From positions 1 to 44,192 of the forward strand of contig NW_021834917.1 in NCBI RefSeq assembly GCF_006345805.1: a stretch of DNA of 44,192 nt, written 5' to 3'. Positions 13,201 to 25,339 of the stretch are shown one piece after another (positions within the stretch are counted from its first letter, which is position 1; each line of letters begins with the position of its first letter). The notes below the pieces were generated by a model. That model was not told where the DNA came from. It worked only from the letters and a program-made list of their open reading frames with translations, and did no database searches. This stretch comes from Octopus sinensis (Eukaryota). Position numbers and translations under genes: made by a program.

Positions 13201-13470
13201 ATCATCATCATCATCATCATCATCATCGTTTAACGTCCGCTTTCCGCGCTAGCACGGGTTGGACGGTTTGACCGGGTCTGGGAAGCCAGGGGCCGCTCCA
13301 GGCTCCAGTCTGAATCTGGCAGAGTTTCTACGGCTGGATGCCCTTCCTAACGCCAACCACTCCGTGAGTGGATTGGGTGCTTTTTACGTGCCACCTGCAC
13401 AGGGGCCGGAGGGTCCGGCATCGTCACGATCGGATTCGAGCATTTTAACGTGTCAGCGGCACGGGGGCAA
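13201..13470 (-). mobile_element. RTE LINE 3' end (divergent subfamily) with (GAT)n tail
   Basis: (ATC)n GTTTAACGTCCG...GGATGCCCTTCCTAACGCCAACCACTCC matches the reverse complement of the 3' end of the RTE at 29705-33479. Confidence 0.85.
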
Positions 13471-13873
13471 CGAGGTCCGGGGTACTTTGGGGATTGGGGT
13501 ATTTTGGGGATCCGGGGTACTTAGAATGGGTAGGGGGGTACTTAGAATGGGTAGGTGACGAGGCGGGAGGGTACTAAAAGGGGATGGTCGGATTGAGGCA
13601 GTGTCAGGAGGAAGCGTAAGATCGGTGGGCAGTTGATGAGCTATGGCGCTAGCAGCTTGTCTTAGCATATGAGGAGAAGTGGTAGTGGGAGGAGGAGGAG
13701 GTAGGGCGTACCCAGTGTAGATGAGTAAGGTGTATCCGGTGTAGATAGAGAGAACGGGGTATACTGGTATTGGTGGTGGGGGGTGGGTGAGAACAGTGTT
13801 CAACGTATTGGTGGTGGGGGTGGGGTGAGAACAGTGTTCAACGGTATTGGTGGTGGGGGTGGGGGGCGGGCGC

Positions 13874-16800
13874 ACCGCCAATGACTGAAAGATGGGAAAA
13901 AGATGGGATTACGGCTTGAGGCAGCTGCGGTTCTTTAATTGTAGAGAGAGAGATAGGAAGATAAATCAAGTTATGGCGAAGGCTTGAAAGTATCTTAAAA
14001 AAGGTTAAATTTTCGTAACAGTGTATGAATAAACGTATTAACAACGAATAAAAAATATAGTAAGATAAATTTTTTAAGAACTTGCTGCGGTCATCGAGCG
14101 GGAGTTGAAATTGAAGAAGAAAGTAGTTGAACTGGGAATTTAAATTGCAGAATCGTAATAGTAATAGTAATGGCGGTTTTCAAGTTTTAGCATATGAAGA
14201 AGAAGAGGAGGAAAAAGAAGACCGCCAATGACTGAAAGATGGGAAAAAGATGGGATTACGGCTTGAGGCAGCCTGCGGTTAAATATTGTAGAGAGAGAGA
14301 TAGGAAGATAAATCAAGTTATGGCGAAGGCTTGAAAGTATCTTAAAAAAGGTTAAATTTTCGTAACAGTGTATGAATAAACGTATTAACAACGAATAAAA
14401 AAATATAGTAAGATAAATTTTTTAAGAACTTGCTGCGGTCATCGAGCGGGAGTTGAAATTGAAGAAGAAAGTAGTTGAACTGGGAATTTAAATTGCAGAA
14501 TCGTAAGTAATAGTAATAGTAATGGCGGTTTTCAAGTTTTAGCATATGAAGAAGAAGAGGAGGAAAAAGAAGACCGCCAATGACTGAAAGATGGGAAAAA
14601 GATGGGATTACGGCTTGAGGCAGCCTGCGGTTAATATTGTAGAGAGAGAGATAGGAAGATAAATCAAGTTATGGCGAAGGCTTGAAAGTATCTTAAAAAA
14701 GGTTAAATTTTCGTAACAGTGTATGAATAAACGTATTAACAACGAATAAAAAAATATAGTAAGATAAATTTTTTAAGAACTTGCTGCGGTCATCGAGCGG
14801 GAGTTGAAATTGAAGAAGAAAGTAGTTGAACTGGGAATTTAAATTGCAGAATCGTAATAGTAATAGTAATGGCGGTTTTCAAGTTTTAGCATATGAAGAA
14901 GAAGAGGAGGAAAAAGAAGACCGCCAATGACTGAAAGATGGGAAAAAGATGGGATTACGGCTTGAGGCAGCCTGCGGTTAAATATTGTAGAGAGAGAGAT
15001 AGGAAGATAAATCAAGTTATGGCGAAGGCTTGAAAGTATCTTAAAAAAGGTTAAATTTTCGTAACAGTGTATGAATAAACGTATTAACAACGAATAAAAA
15101 ATATAGTAAGATAAATTTTTTAAGAACTTGCTGCGGTCATCGAGCGGGAGTTGAAATTGAAGAAGAAAGTAGTTGAACTGGGAATTTAAATTGCAGAATC
15201 GTAATAGTAATAGTAATGGCGGTTTTCAAGTTTTAGCATATGAAGAAGAAGAGGAGGAAAAAGAAGACCGCCAATGACTGAAAGATGGGAAAAAGATGGG
15301 ATTACGGCTTGAGGCAGCCTGCGGTTAAATATTGTAGAGAGAGAGATAGGAAGATAAATCAAGTTATGGCGAAGGCTTGAAAGTATCTTAAAAAAGGTTA
15401 AATTTTCGTAACAGTGTATGAATAAACGTATTAACAACGAATAAAAAATATAGTAAGATAAATTTTTTAAGAACTTGCTGCGGTCATCGAGCGGGAGTTG
15501 AAATTGAAGAAGAAAGTAGTTGAACTGGGAATTTAAATTGCAGAATCGTAATAGTAATAGTAATGGCGGTTTTCAAGTTTTAGCATATGAAGAAGAAGAG
15601 GAGGAAAAGAAAAAAGAAGACCGCCAATGACTGAAAGATGGGAAAAAGATGGGATTACGGCTTGAGGCAGCCTGCGGTTAAATATTGTAGAGAGAGAGAT
15701 AGGAAGATAAATCAAGTTATGGCGAAGGCTTGAAAGTATCTTAAAAAAGGTTAAATTTTCGTAACAGTGTATGAATAAACGTATTAACAACGAATAAAAA
15801 ATATAGTAAGATAAATTTTTTAAGAACTTGCTGCGGTCATCGAGCGGGAGTTGAAATTGAAGAAGAAAGTAGTTGAACTGGGAATTTAAATTGCAGAATC
15901 GTAATAGTAATAGTAATGGCGGTTTTCAAGTTTTAGCATATGAAGAAGAAGAGGAGGAAAAAAGAAGGACCGCCAATGACTGAAAGATGGGAAAAAGATG
16001 GGATTACGGCTTGAGGCAGCCTGCGGTTAAATATTGTAGAGAGAGAGATAGGAAGATAAATCAAGTTATGGCGAAGGCTTGAAAGTATCTTAAAAAAGGT
16101 TAAATTTTCGTAACAGTGTATGAATAAACGTATTAACAACGAATAAAAAATATAGTAGATAAATTTTTTAAGAACTTGCTGCGGTCATCGAGCGGGAGTT
16201 GAAATTGAAGAAGAAAGTAGTTGAACTGGGAATTTAAATTGCAGAATCGTAATAGTAATAGTAATGGCGGTTTTCAAGTTTTAGCATATGAAGAGAGAAG
16301 AGGAGGAAAAAGAAGACCGCCAATGACTGAAAGATGGAAAAAGATGGGATTACGGCTTGAGGCAGCCTGCGGTTAAATATTGTAGAGAGAGAGATAGGAA
16401 GATAAATCAAGTTATGGCGAAGGCTTGAAAGTATCTTAAAAAAGGTTAAATTTTCGTAACAGTGTATGAATAAACGTATTAACAACGAATAAAAAATATA
16501 GTAAGATAAATTTTTTAAGAACTTGCTGCGGTCATCGAGCGGGAGTTGAAATTGAAGAAGAAAGTAGTTGAACTGGGAATTTAAATTGCAGAATCGTAAT
16601 AGTAATAGTAATGGCGGTTTTCAAGTTTTAGCATATGAAGAAGAAGAGGAGGAAAAAGAAGACCGCCAATGACTGAAAGATGGGAAAAAGATGGGATTAC
16701 GGCTTGAGGCAGCCTGCGGTTAAATATTGTAGAGAGAGAGATAGGAAGATAAATCAAGTTATGGCGAAGGCTTGAAAGTATCTTAAAAAAGGTTAAATTT

Positions 16801-18347
16801 TCGTAACAGTGTATGAATAAACGTATTAACAACGAATAAAAAATATAGTAAGATAAATTTTTTAAGAACTTGCTGCGGTCATCGAGCGGGAGTTGAAATT
16901 GAAGAAGAAGAAAGTAGTTGAACTGGGAATTTAAATTGCAGAATCGTAATAGTAATAGTAATGGCGGTTTTCAAGTTTTAGCATATGAAGAAGAAGAGGA
17001 GGAAAAAGAAGACCGCAATGACTGAAAGATGGGAAAAAGATGGGATTACGGCTTGAGGCAGCCTGCGGTTAAATATTGTAGAGAGAGAGATAGGAAGATA
17101 AATCAAGTTATGGCGAAGGCTTGAAAGTATCTTAAAAAAGGTTAAATTTTCGTAACAGTGTATGAATATAAACGTATTAACAACGAATAAAAAATATAGT
17201 AAGATAAATTTTAAGAACTTGCTGCGGTCATCGAGCGGGAGTTGAAATTGAAGAAGAAAGTAGTTGAACTGGGAATTTAAATTGCAGAATCGTAATAGTA
17301 ATAGTAATGGCGGTTTTCAAGTTTTAGCATATGAAGAAGAAGAGGAGGAAAAAGAAGACCGCCAATGACTGAAAGATGGGAAAAAGATGGGATTACGGCT
17401 TGAGGCAGCCTGCGGTTAAATATTGTAGAGAGAGAGATAGGAAGATAATCAAGTTATGGCGAAGGCTTGAAAGTGAAAAAGTATCTTAAAAAAGGTTAAT
17501 TTTCGTAACAGTGTATGAATAAACGTATTATTAACAACGAATAAAAAAATATAGTAAGATAAATTTTTTAAGAACTTGCTGCGGTCATCGAGCGGGAGTT
17601 GAATTGAAGAAGAAGTAGTTGAACTGGGAATTTAAATTGCAGAATCGTAATAGTAATAGTAATGGCGGTTTTCAAGTTTTAGCATATGAAGAAGAAGAGG
17701 AGGAAAAAGAAGACCGCCAATGACTGAAAGATGGGAAAAAGATGGGATTACGGCTTGAGGCAGCCTGCGGTTAAATATTGTAGAGAGAGAGATAGGAAGA
17801 TAAATCAAGTTATGGCGAAGGCTTGAAAGTATCTTAAAAAAGGTTAAATTTTCGTAACAGTGTATGAATAAACGTATTAACAACGAATAAAAAAATATAG
17901 TAAGTAATAAATTTTTTAAGAACTTGCTGCGGTCATCGAGCGGGAGTTGAAATTGAAGAAGAAAGTAGTTGAACTGGGAATTTAAATTGCAGAATCGTAA
18001 TAGTAATAGTAATGGCGGTTTTCAAGTTTTAGCATATGAAGAAGAAGAGGAGGAAAAAGAAGACCGCCAATGACTGAAAGATGGGAAAAAGATGGGATTA
18101 CGGCTTGAGGCAGCCTGCGGTTAAATATTGTAGAGAGAGAGATAGGAAGATAAATCAAGTTATGGCGAAGGCTTGAAAGTATCTTAAAAAAGGTTAAATT
18201 TTCGTAACAGTGTATGAATAAACGTATTAACAACGAATAAAAAATATAGTAAGATAAATTTTTTAAGAACTTGCTGCGGTCATCGAGCGGGAGTTGAAAT
18301 TGAAGAAGAAAGTAGTTGAACTGGGAATTTAAATTGCAGAATCGTAA
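13874..18347. repeat. Tandem array of a 347-bp unit, about 12.8 copies
   Basis: Unit starts ACCGC(C)AATGACTG at 13874, 14221, 14573, 14920, 15267, 15620, 15969, 16316, 16662, 17012, 17358, 17713, 18063; last copy partial. Confidence 0.97.
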
Positions 18348-18546
18348 CATATAAAAACATATATATAATACATACATACATATATATATACATAATACAT
18401 AGTATATATATATGTAAATGTTATATATATATATATATATATTACATATATACATATATATATATACATATATGTATAATGTGTATATATATATATATAT
18501 ATACATATATATACATATATATACATTATACATATATGTATATATA

Positions 18547-18580
<34 letters not shown>
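18348..18580. repeat. (TA)n-rich microsatellite
   Basis: Direct inspection. Confidence 0.9.
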
Positions 18581-18585
<5 letters not shown>

Positions 18586-19010
18586 AGAAAAAGAAAATGG
18601 AGATTGTGAAGTTAATTGTTTATTATCAACTGCAAATTATTCTATGCCTTTCATCCTTTTGGGGTTGGTGAAATAAGTACCAGCCATACACTGGGGTCGA
18701 TGTAATTGACTAGTACCCTCCCCCAAAATTTCAGGCCCTGGTGCCTTTTGTAGAAAGGATTATTAACAGAAAATTAATCACCTTCACTCACAGTTGTTTC
18801 CATTAATACTCGAAGATAAATATAAACTATATGTTTTATATGGCGGTGCCCCAGCATGGCCACAGCTCGTGAGCTGAAACTAGATAAAATAAAAAATAAA
18901 TATATATAATTTAAAATGAGGGTAAGAAACTAGATATTAATTTAATTAACATCGATTTCACACCATTGGTCTTGCATAAAAAAACTGAAGGTTCAGTAAA
19001 ACCGTATAAT

Positions 19011-19122
19011 ATATATATTAGAGGGAAACCACTATGTGGACACCCATATGCTAGAAATAGACCGTAGTGGATCTATTTCTAGCATATGGGTGTCCACATA
19101 GTGATTTCCCTCTAATATATAT
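19011..19122. repeat. Near-perfect 51-bp inverted repeat (hairpin)
   Basis: Arms 19011-19061 and 19072-19122, one mismatch, 10-nt spacer. Confidence 0.95.
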
Positions 19123-19144
19123 GTTTTATATATATATATATATA

Positions 19145-19550
19145 GGCGCAGGTGTGGCGCAGGAGTGGCTGTGTGGTAAGTAGCTTGCTAACCAACCACA
19201 TGGTTCCGGGTTCAGTCCCACTGCGTGGTATCTTGGGCAAGTGTCTTCAACTATAGCCCCAGGCCGACCAATACCTTGTGAGTGGATTTGGTAGACGGAA
19301 ACTGAAAGAAGCCTGTCGTATATATGTATATATATATATAAGTGTGTGTGTGTATATGTTTGTCCCCCTAGCATTGCTAGACAACCGATGCTGGTGTGTT
19401 CACGTCCCCGTCACTTAGCGGTTCGGCAAAAGAGACCGATAGAATAAGTACTAGGCTTACAAAGAATAAGTCCCGGGGTCGATTTGCTCGACTAAAGGTG
19501 GTGCTCCAGCATGGCCGCAGTCAAATGACTGAAACAAGAAAAAGAGAAAA
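19145..19550 (+). mobile_element. SINE family A
   Basis: Full copy; head start duplicated (GGCGCAGGTGTGGCGCAGGAG). Confidence 0.9.
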
Positions 19551-19832
19551 AAAAAATAGAGGGAGGTAAAAGGACTTCATTAAGGGATAAAAAAGATGAA
19601 TTACTGGCTCGTTGCCAATTATTTTTTTGTGAATAGTAATATTCATAAAATAATAATTCTAAGTATAAATCTTGGTTTATAAATATTCAGAAGAAAATTC
19701 AGAAAATTGAGATGAGACATTAATATAATTTATTGACTGCAAAAATCCAACATGTTGAACTTTTGCAGTTAATAAATTATATTAATGCTAATCTCCATTT
19801 TCTGAATTTTAATTTGAGTAAATATATATATT

Positions 19833-20464
19833 AAATACAAAGTGGGACAAGAATGCAAAACATCCAGACAGTTAGGTGACACAAGAAAGGGACCACAAAA
19901 CATCCAGATAGAGACAATGCAAAGAAAACAAGTACAGGTCATCCAGAGTATTCTTTCCTCAGTCGAGTTCCAGAATATCTTTGCAATTTCAGTTGGTTAT
20001 ACCCGATATTGCTCCAATCTGGCCAGCCCCAAGGAAAAACTAAGCTAAGAGCATTAGATTCCTTGGAAGAAAGCAGCGAATGTATATGAAAACAAGGACG
20101 GAAAAAAATAGAGAATGTTACACAAATACAAATAACAGGACATAAAAACAGGCGTCTTTCAAACTAAATGAAGCTGGCATGTGTAGAAGTAAATCCTTAT
20201 GGCAGGAATACAGAATTTCACAGGCACAGGGAGGAATATGGATATTGCTCTTAGCTTAGTTTTTCCTTGGATCTGGCCAGATTAGAGCAATCTCAAGTAT
20301 AACCAGCCGAAATTGCAAAGATAATCTGGAACTCGACTGAGGAAAGAATACTCTGTCTGACCTGTCCTTGTTTACTTTGTATTGTCTATCTGGATGTTTT
20401 GTTGTCCCTTTTTTGTATCACCTAGCTGTCTCGATGTCTTGCGTTCTTGTCCCACTTTGTATTT
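19833..20464. mobile_element. Foldback element with about 220-bp imperfect inverted arms
   Basis: AAATACAAAGTGGGACAAGAA... at 19833 and ...TTCTTGTCCCACTTTGTATTT at 20464; related terminus at about 22465. Confidence 0.75.
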
Positions 20465-20991
20465 TTTATATATAAAACATATAGCGGTGTACATACACTT
20501 TGGTCTCTTATATACATATACATATCCCTCTCTCTCTTTCGGAGAGGCACAAGCACCTACACGCACACATACACACACGGCAGTAACTTCCGCCTGCCAA
20601 ATTCAATCACAAAGCTCCAGTCGGCTCGGGGCTATAGTGGAAGACACCTACCCAAAGTGCCACGCAGTGAGACTGAACCCGAAACCATGTAGCTAGGAAG
20701 CAAGCTCCCTATATATAGTTAATCCCAACATGAAAGCACAAAAAAACACAACGTGAGGACGTGGAACAAATATAGTATTATTGGACACTCAGGAAAGAAG
20801 GAGGGTTTAACGTTTTGGGCGGAGCTCTTCGTCGGAAACATAGGAGAAGGAAAGATCCAGAGAAGGGAAGACAGAGGGAAAAAAATCGCCAACGGTACAC
20901 ACGAGGTCATATATATATATATTAAATGAAATGAGGTAACAAAGCGAAGGCTGTAAGTAGTTTTCAGGACATTTATAAGGGAAAAGATATA

Positions 20992-21399
20992 GGCGCAGGC
21001 GTGGCTGTGTGGTAAGTAGCTTGTTTACCAACCACATGGTTCCGGGTTCAGTCCCACTGCGTGGCACCTTGGGCAAGTGTCTTCTACTATAGCCTTGGGC
21101 CGACCAAAGCCTTGTGAATGGATTTGGTAGATGGAAACTGGAAGAAGCCCGTCGTATATATGTATATATATATATGCGTGTGTGTGTTTGTGTATCTGTG
21201 TTTGTCCCCCTAGCATTGCTTGACAACCGATGCTGGTGTGTTTATGTCCTCGTTACTTAGCGGTTCGGCAAAAGAGACCGATAGAATAAGTACTGGGCTT
21301 ACAAAAGAATAAGTCCCGGGGTCAAGTTGCTCAATTAAAGGCTGTGCTCCAGCATGGCCACAGTCAAATGACTGAAACAAGTAAAAGAGTAAAAGAGTA
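20992..21399 (+). mobile_element. SINE family A
   Basis: Full copy. Confidence 0.9.
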
Positions 21400-21611
21400 G
21401 ATATAGTCTTACAGCTGTTTCTGGGATATCATGTATGTATGTATACAACAGGTACTTTTCAGTTTTTGTGTAGCAAATCCACTCATAAGGCTTTGGTCGA
21501 CCCGAGGCTATGGTAGAAGACACTTGACCAAGGTGCCACGCAACGGGACTGAACTCGTAAACATGTGGTCGGAAAGTAAGCTTCTTACCACACAGCCATG
21601 ACTTTGTATAC

Positions 21612-21857
21612 GTGTAAAATGCACCAATCCGACCGTGGCCGTTGCCAGCCTCGCCTGGCACCTGTGCGGGTGGCACGTAAAAAGCACCCACTACACTCAT
21701 GGAGTGGTTGGCGTTAGGAAGGGCATCCAGCTGTAGAAACATTGCCAGATAAGACTGGGGCCTGGTGCAGCCTTCTGGCTTCCCAGATCCCCGGTCGAAC
21801 CGTCCAACCCATGCTAGCATGGAGAACGGACGTTAAACGATGATGATGATGATGATG
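21612..21857 (+). mobile_element. RTE LINE 3' end with (GAT)n tail
   Basis: Matches about 33235-33479. Confidence 0.88.
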
Positions 21858-22422
21858 TATGTATGTGTGTGTGTCTGTGTTAGTGTTTGTCCCCCACCAC
21901 CGCTTGACCATCGACTGACCACCAGTGTTGGTATATTTCGTACCCCTTTACTTTAGCAAATTGACAAAACAGACCGACAGAATAATTAGCAGACTAGAAA
22001 AATTTTAAAAAAGGCCCTGGGCTTCATTAGCTTGACAAAATTTCTTCAATGTGGTGCCCCAGCATGGCCACAATCTAAAGACGGTGGCAAGTGAAAGGTA
22101 AAAAAATCAAAATTTTTGAAGAAATCATAAAAGCATGTAAGCAATATATCTTTTATTGTTTCAATCATTGGACTGTGGCCATGCTGGGGCAGCACCCCAA
22201 AGAAGAACTTTTAGTCAAACGAATCAGCCCTGCACTTATTTACTTTTCAAGCCTGGTACTTATTCTATCAGTCTGTTTTGCCAAACTGCTAAGTTACAGG
22301 AATGTAAACAAACCAAAGCCGGTTGTCAAGATGTGGTGGGCGACGAAAAACACACACAAAAATGTATATGTATATATGTATGTATGTATATATATGTGTG
22401 TGTGTATATATGTATGTGTATG

Positions 22423-22457
<35 letters not shown>

Positions 22458-22522
22458 GTAAAAAAATACAAACTGGGACAAGAACGCAAAACATTTAGAA
22501 GACGATACAAAAAACATGGACG

Positions 22523-22563
<41 letters not shown>

Positions 22564-22591
22564 CACACACATATATATGTATATGTGTGTG

Positions 22592-22626
<35 letters not shown>

Positions 22627-22629
<3 letters not shown>

Positions 22630-23020
22630 GGGTGGCTGTGTGGTAAGTAGCTTGCTAACCAACCACATGGTTCCGGGTTCAGTCCCACTGCATGGCATCT
22701 TGGGCAAGTGTCTTCTGCTATTGCCCTGGGTCGACCAAAGCCTTGTGAGTGGATTTGGTAGACGGAAACTGAAAGAAGCCTGTCGTATATATGTATATAT
22801 ATATATGTATGTGTGTGTGTGTTGTTTGTGTGTCTGTGTTTGTCCCCCTAGCATTGCATGACAACCGATGCTGGTGTGTTTACGTCCCCGTCACTTAACG
22901 GTTCGGCAAAAGAGACCAATAGAATAAGTAATGGGCTTACAAAGAATAAGTCACGGGGTCGAGTTGCTCGACTAAAGGCGGTGCTCCAGCATGGCCGCAG
23001 TCACGTGACTGAAACAAGTA
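22627..23020 (+). mobile_element. SINE family A (other partial copies at 12960-13100, 20580-20710, 21470-21603, 21870-22110, 22150-22360, 23050-23205)
   Basis: Family consensus motifs. Confidence 0.85.
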
Positions 23021-23269
23021 CAAAAAAAAAAATATATATATACATACAATGAGTTTCTTTCAGTTTCTGTCCACCAAATCCACTCACAAGGCATTGGTCG
23101 GCCCGAGGCTATAGTAGAAGACACTTGCCCAAGGTACCACGCAGTGGGACTGAACCCAGAACCATGTGGTTGGTAAACAAGCTTTTTATCACACACCACA
23201 CCCACATATATATATTGATAAATATTATTGCATTGGTATCGATTAGTAGAAATATCATGTTTCATTTAC

Positions 23270-23349
23270 CTTCTTATGAAGTTTTCCTTAAGATTTAAAT
23301 AGAAATAGTTTTGTAGAGTCGGTCACGGGTGGATTGGTGTTAAAAGGTT
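23270..23349 (-). other. Candidate 80-nt spliced exon (non-coding) of a minus-strand transcript
   Basis: Minus strand: TACTAAC branch point (23388-23382), pyrimidine tract TTCTCGTTCACTTTCTTTCTCCCTCTCTGCAG, exon, AAG|GTAAAT donor; stops in all three frames. Confidence 0.6.
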
Positions 23350-23429
23350 CTGCAGAGAGGGAGAAAGAAAGTGAACGAGAAGTTAGTAATGTAAGGGAGA
23401 TAACCCATTCTTACAGTCGGCGATTACGT

Positions 23430-24250
23430 GTGTGTGTGCGCGCGTTTCTTTGTGCGTGTGTCTGTGTGTGCGATTGCGTGTGTGCGATTGCGTGTTTGAC
23501 CTGTGTGTGTGAATGTGTGTGTGTGTGTGTGTGTGCTGGTGTGAAAGTGTGTATTCACTTGTGTGTATGTGTGTGTGTTCAGTTTACAATACTGCTTACA
23601 CATTTCAAGGTGGCTCACACACACACACACACACACACTCACACATACATGCATATACACAAGTACACACACACACAAAAACACACGCATACAAATATTT
23701 GCATATACAAGCGCGCCTGCATATAGAAGTATACATACACACACACACGCACATGCACACAGAGAGAAGTATACATATACATACATATACATATACATAC
23801 ACAAAGATACATGCTTATACGCATATACGCACGCCGCATACACACACACATATATTCAGATATATACACACGTACACTTGCACACACACACACACACACA
23901 TACACACACACACTCTGTTACTCTCTCTCAAACATACATACACATTTGCACAAGCACATAGTACTTAATATATAAGCGTACACACACACACACACAAACG
24001 GAGATATATATATATACACACACATACGCACACAAGCATACATACACGCACATACATAGACAAACGTACACGCATGCATACACGTACGCTCGCATACATT
24101 TATACACATACAGATACATACACACGTACACACAAACTCATACACACACATATACACACAACAAACTCATTTGCGCGCACACACACACATAAACATAGTT
24201 GCGCACACGCATTCACACAAATACACACGCACACACATACACACGCAGAC
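23430..24250. repeat. (TG)n/(CA)n degenerate microsatellite
   Basis: Direct inspection. Confidence 0.9.
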
Positions 24251-24609
24251 AAAATCACAGCTAACAGGGAGAGTCATTCGTCATGCTAGAAATAGCAGTG
24301 AAACTTTACTCAAGCTTTACTTTTACCATCTTGAAATGTGGGGAACATGCTGAATGTGGTACTCCTAGATAGACAATGCCGGACAAAAAGATTGGATGGC
24401 CACAGCTGCAATTTCACTGACCGTCAATTTTCTCAGTCAAGACTGACCAGTGGCTTGACAACTACAACAACAACAACAACAACAAACTTGAGTCATTTGA
24501 CTGGTGGAAAATTCTATAAGTGACCACCCCTACTCAATGCCATTAAACAACATCTCCCCACCCCATTCTGCTCTCCTACTACGTTTAAAAATAGATTTTT
24601 GGTGAAGAG

Positions 24610-25220
24610 AACACAATATTCTTCTCTTTTACTCTAAACACAAGGCCTGAAATTTTTAGGAAGGGTCCCAGTCGGTTGTGCAACTGGTACTTACTTTATC
24701 GACCCCGAAAGGATGAAAGGCAAAGTTGACCTTGGTGGAATTTGAACTCAGAACGTAAAGACACGAAATACTGCTAAGAATTTCGCCCAGTGTGCTAACG
24801 TTTCTGCCAGCTTGCTGCCTTACAATATTAGCATAATGATATATTTCTTTACTACCCACAAAGGGCTAAACACAGAGGGGACAAACAAGGACAGACAAAA
24901 ACCCCAGTGCATAACTGGTACTAAATTTATCGACCCCGAAAGGATGAAAGGAATTTGAACTCAGAACGTAACGGCAGTCGAAATACCTATTTCTTTACTA
25001 CCCACAAGGGTCTAAACACAGAGGGGGCAAACAAGGACAGACAAAGGGATTAAGTCGATTACATCGACCCCAGTGCATAACAGGTACTTAATTTATCGAC
25101 CCCGAAAGGATGAAAGGCAAAGTTGACCTCGGTGGAATTTGAACCCAGAACGTAACGACAGACGAAATACGGCTACGCATGTTGCCCGGCATGCAAGCGT
25201 TTCCGCCAGCTTGCCGCCTT
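24610..25220 (-). mobile_element. SINE family B copies (24610-24821; dimeric body 24843-25220)
   Basis: GACCCCGAAAGGATGAAAGGCAAAG motif; same body-body junction GAAATACCTATTTCTTT (about 24980) as in the 4.9-5.9 kb multimer. Confidence 0.85.
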
Positions 25221-25339
25221 ACAATATTAATTAGCAAAGTGATAATTATTTTAGTCATTCCAGCAAGTTTTCTCATTTGTCTTTACATCCGTTTTTTTTT
25301 TTCCATGCCTGCATGGGTTAGGGGAATATTTAATGACAC

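Noticed and set aside
13874-18347. Array as CRISPR, 5S/snRNA/SL RNA gene cluster or ribozyme array
   Set aside because: No variable spacers, no recognisable RNA gene motifs, and no CTGANGA on either strand of the unit
14140-18533. Repeated 83-aa ORFs (MLIRLFIHCYENL...) on the minus strand of the array
   Set aside because: No ATG start, 347 is not a multiple of 3, and indels between units do not respect frame
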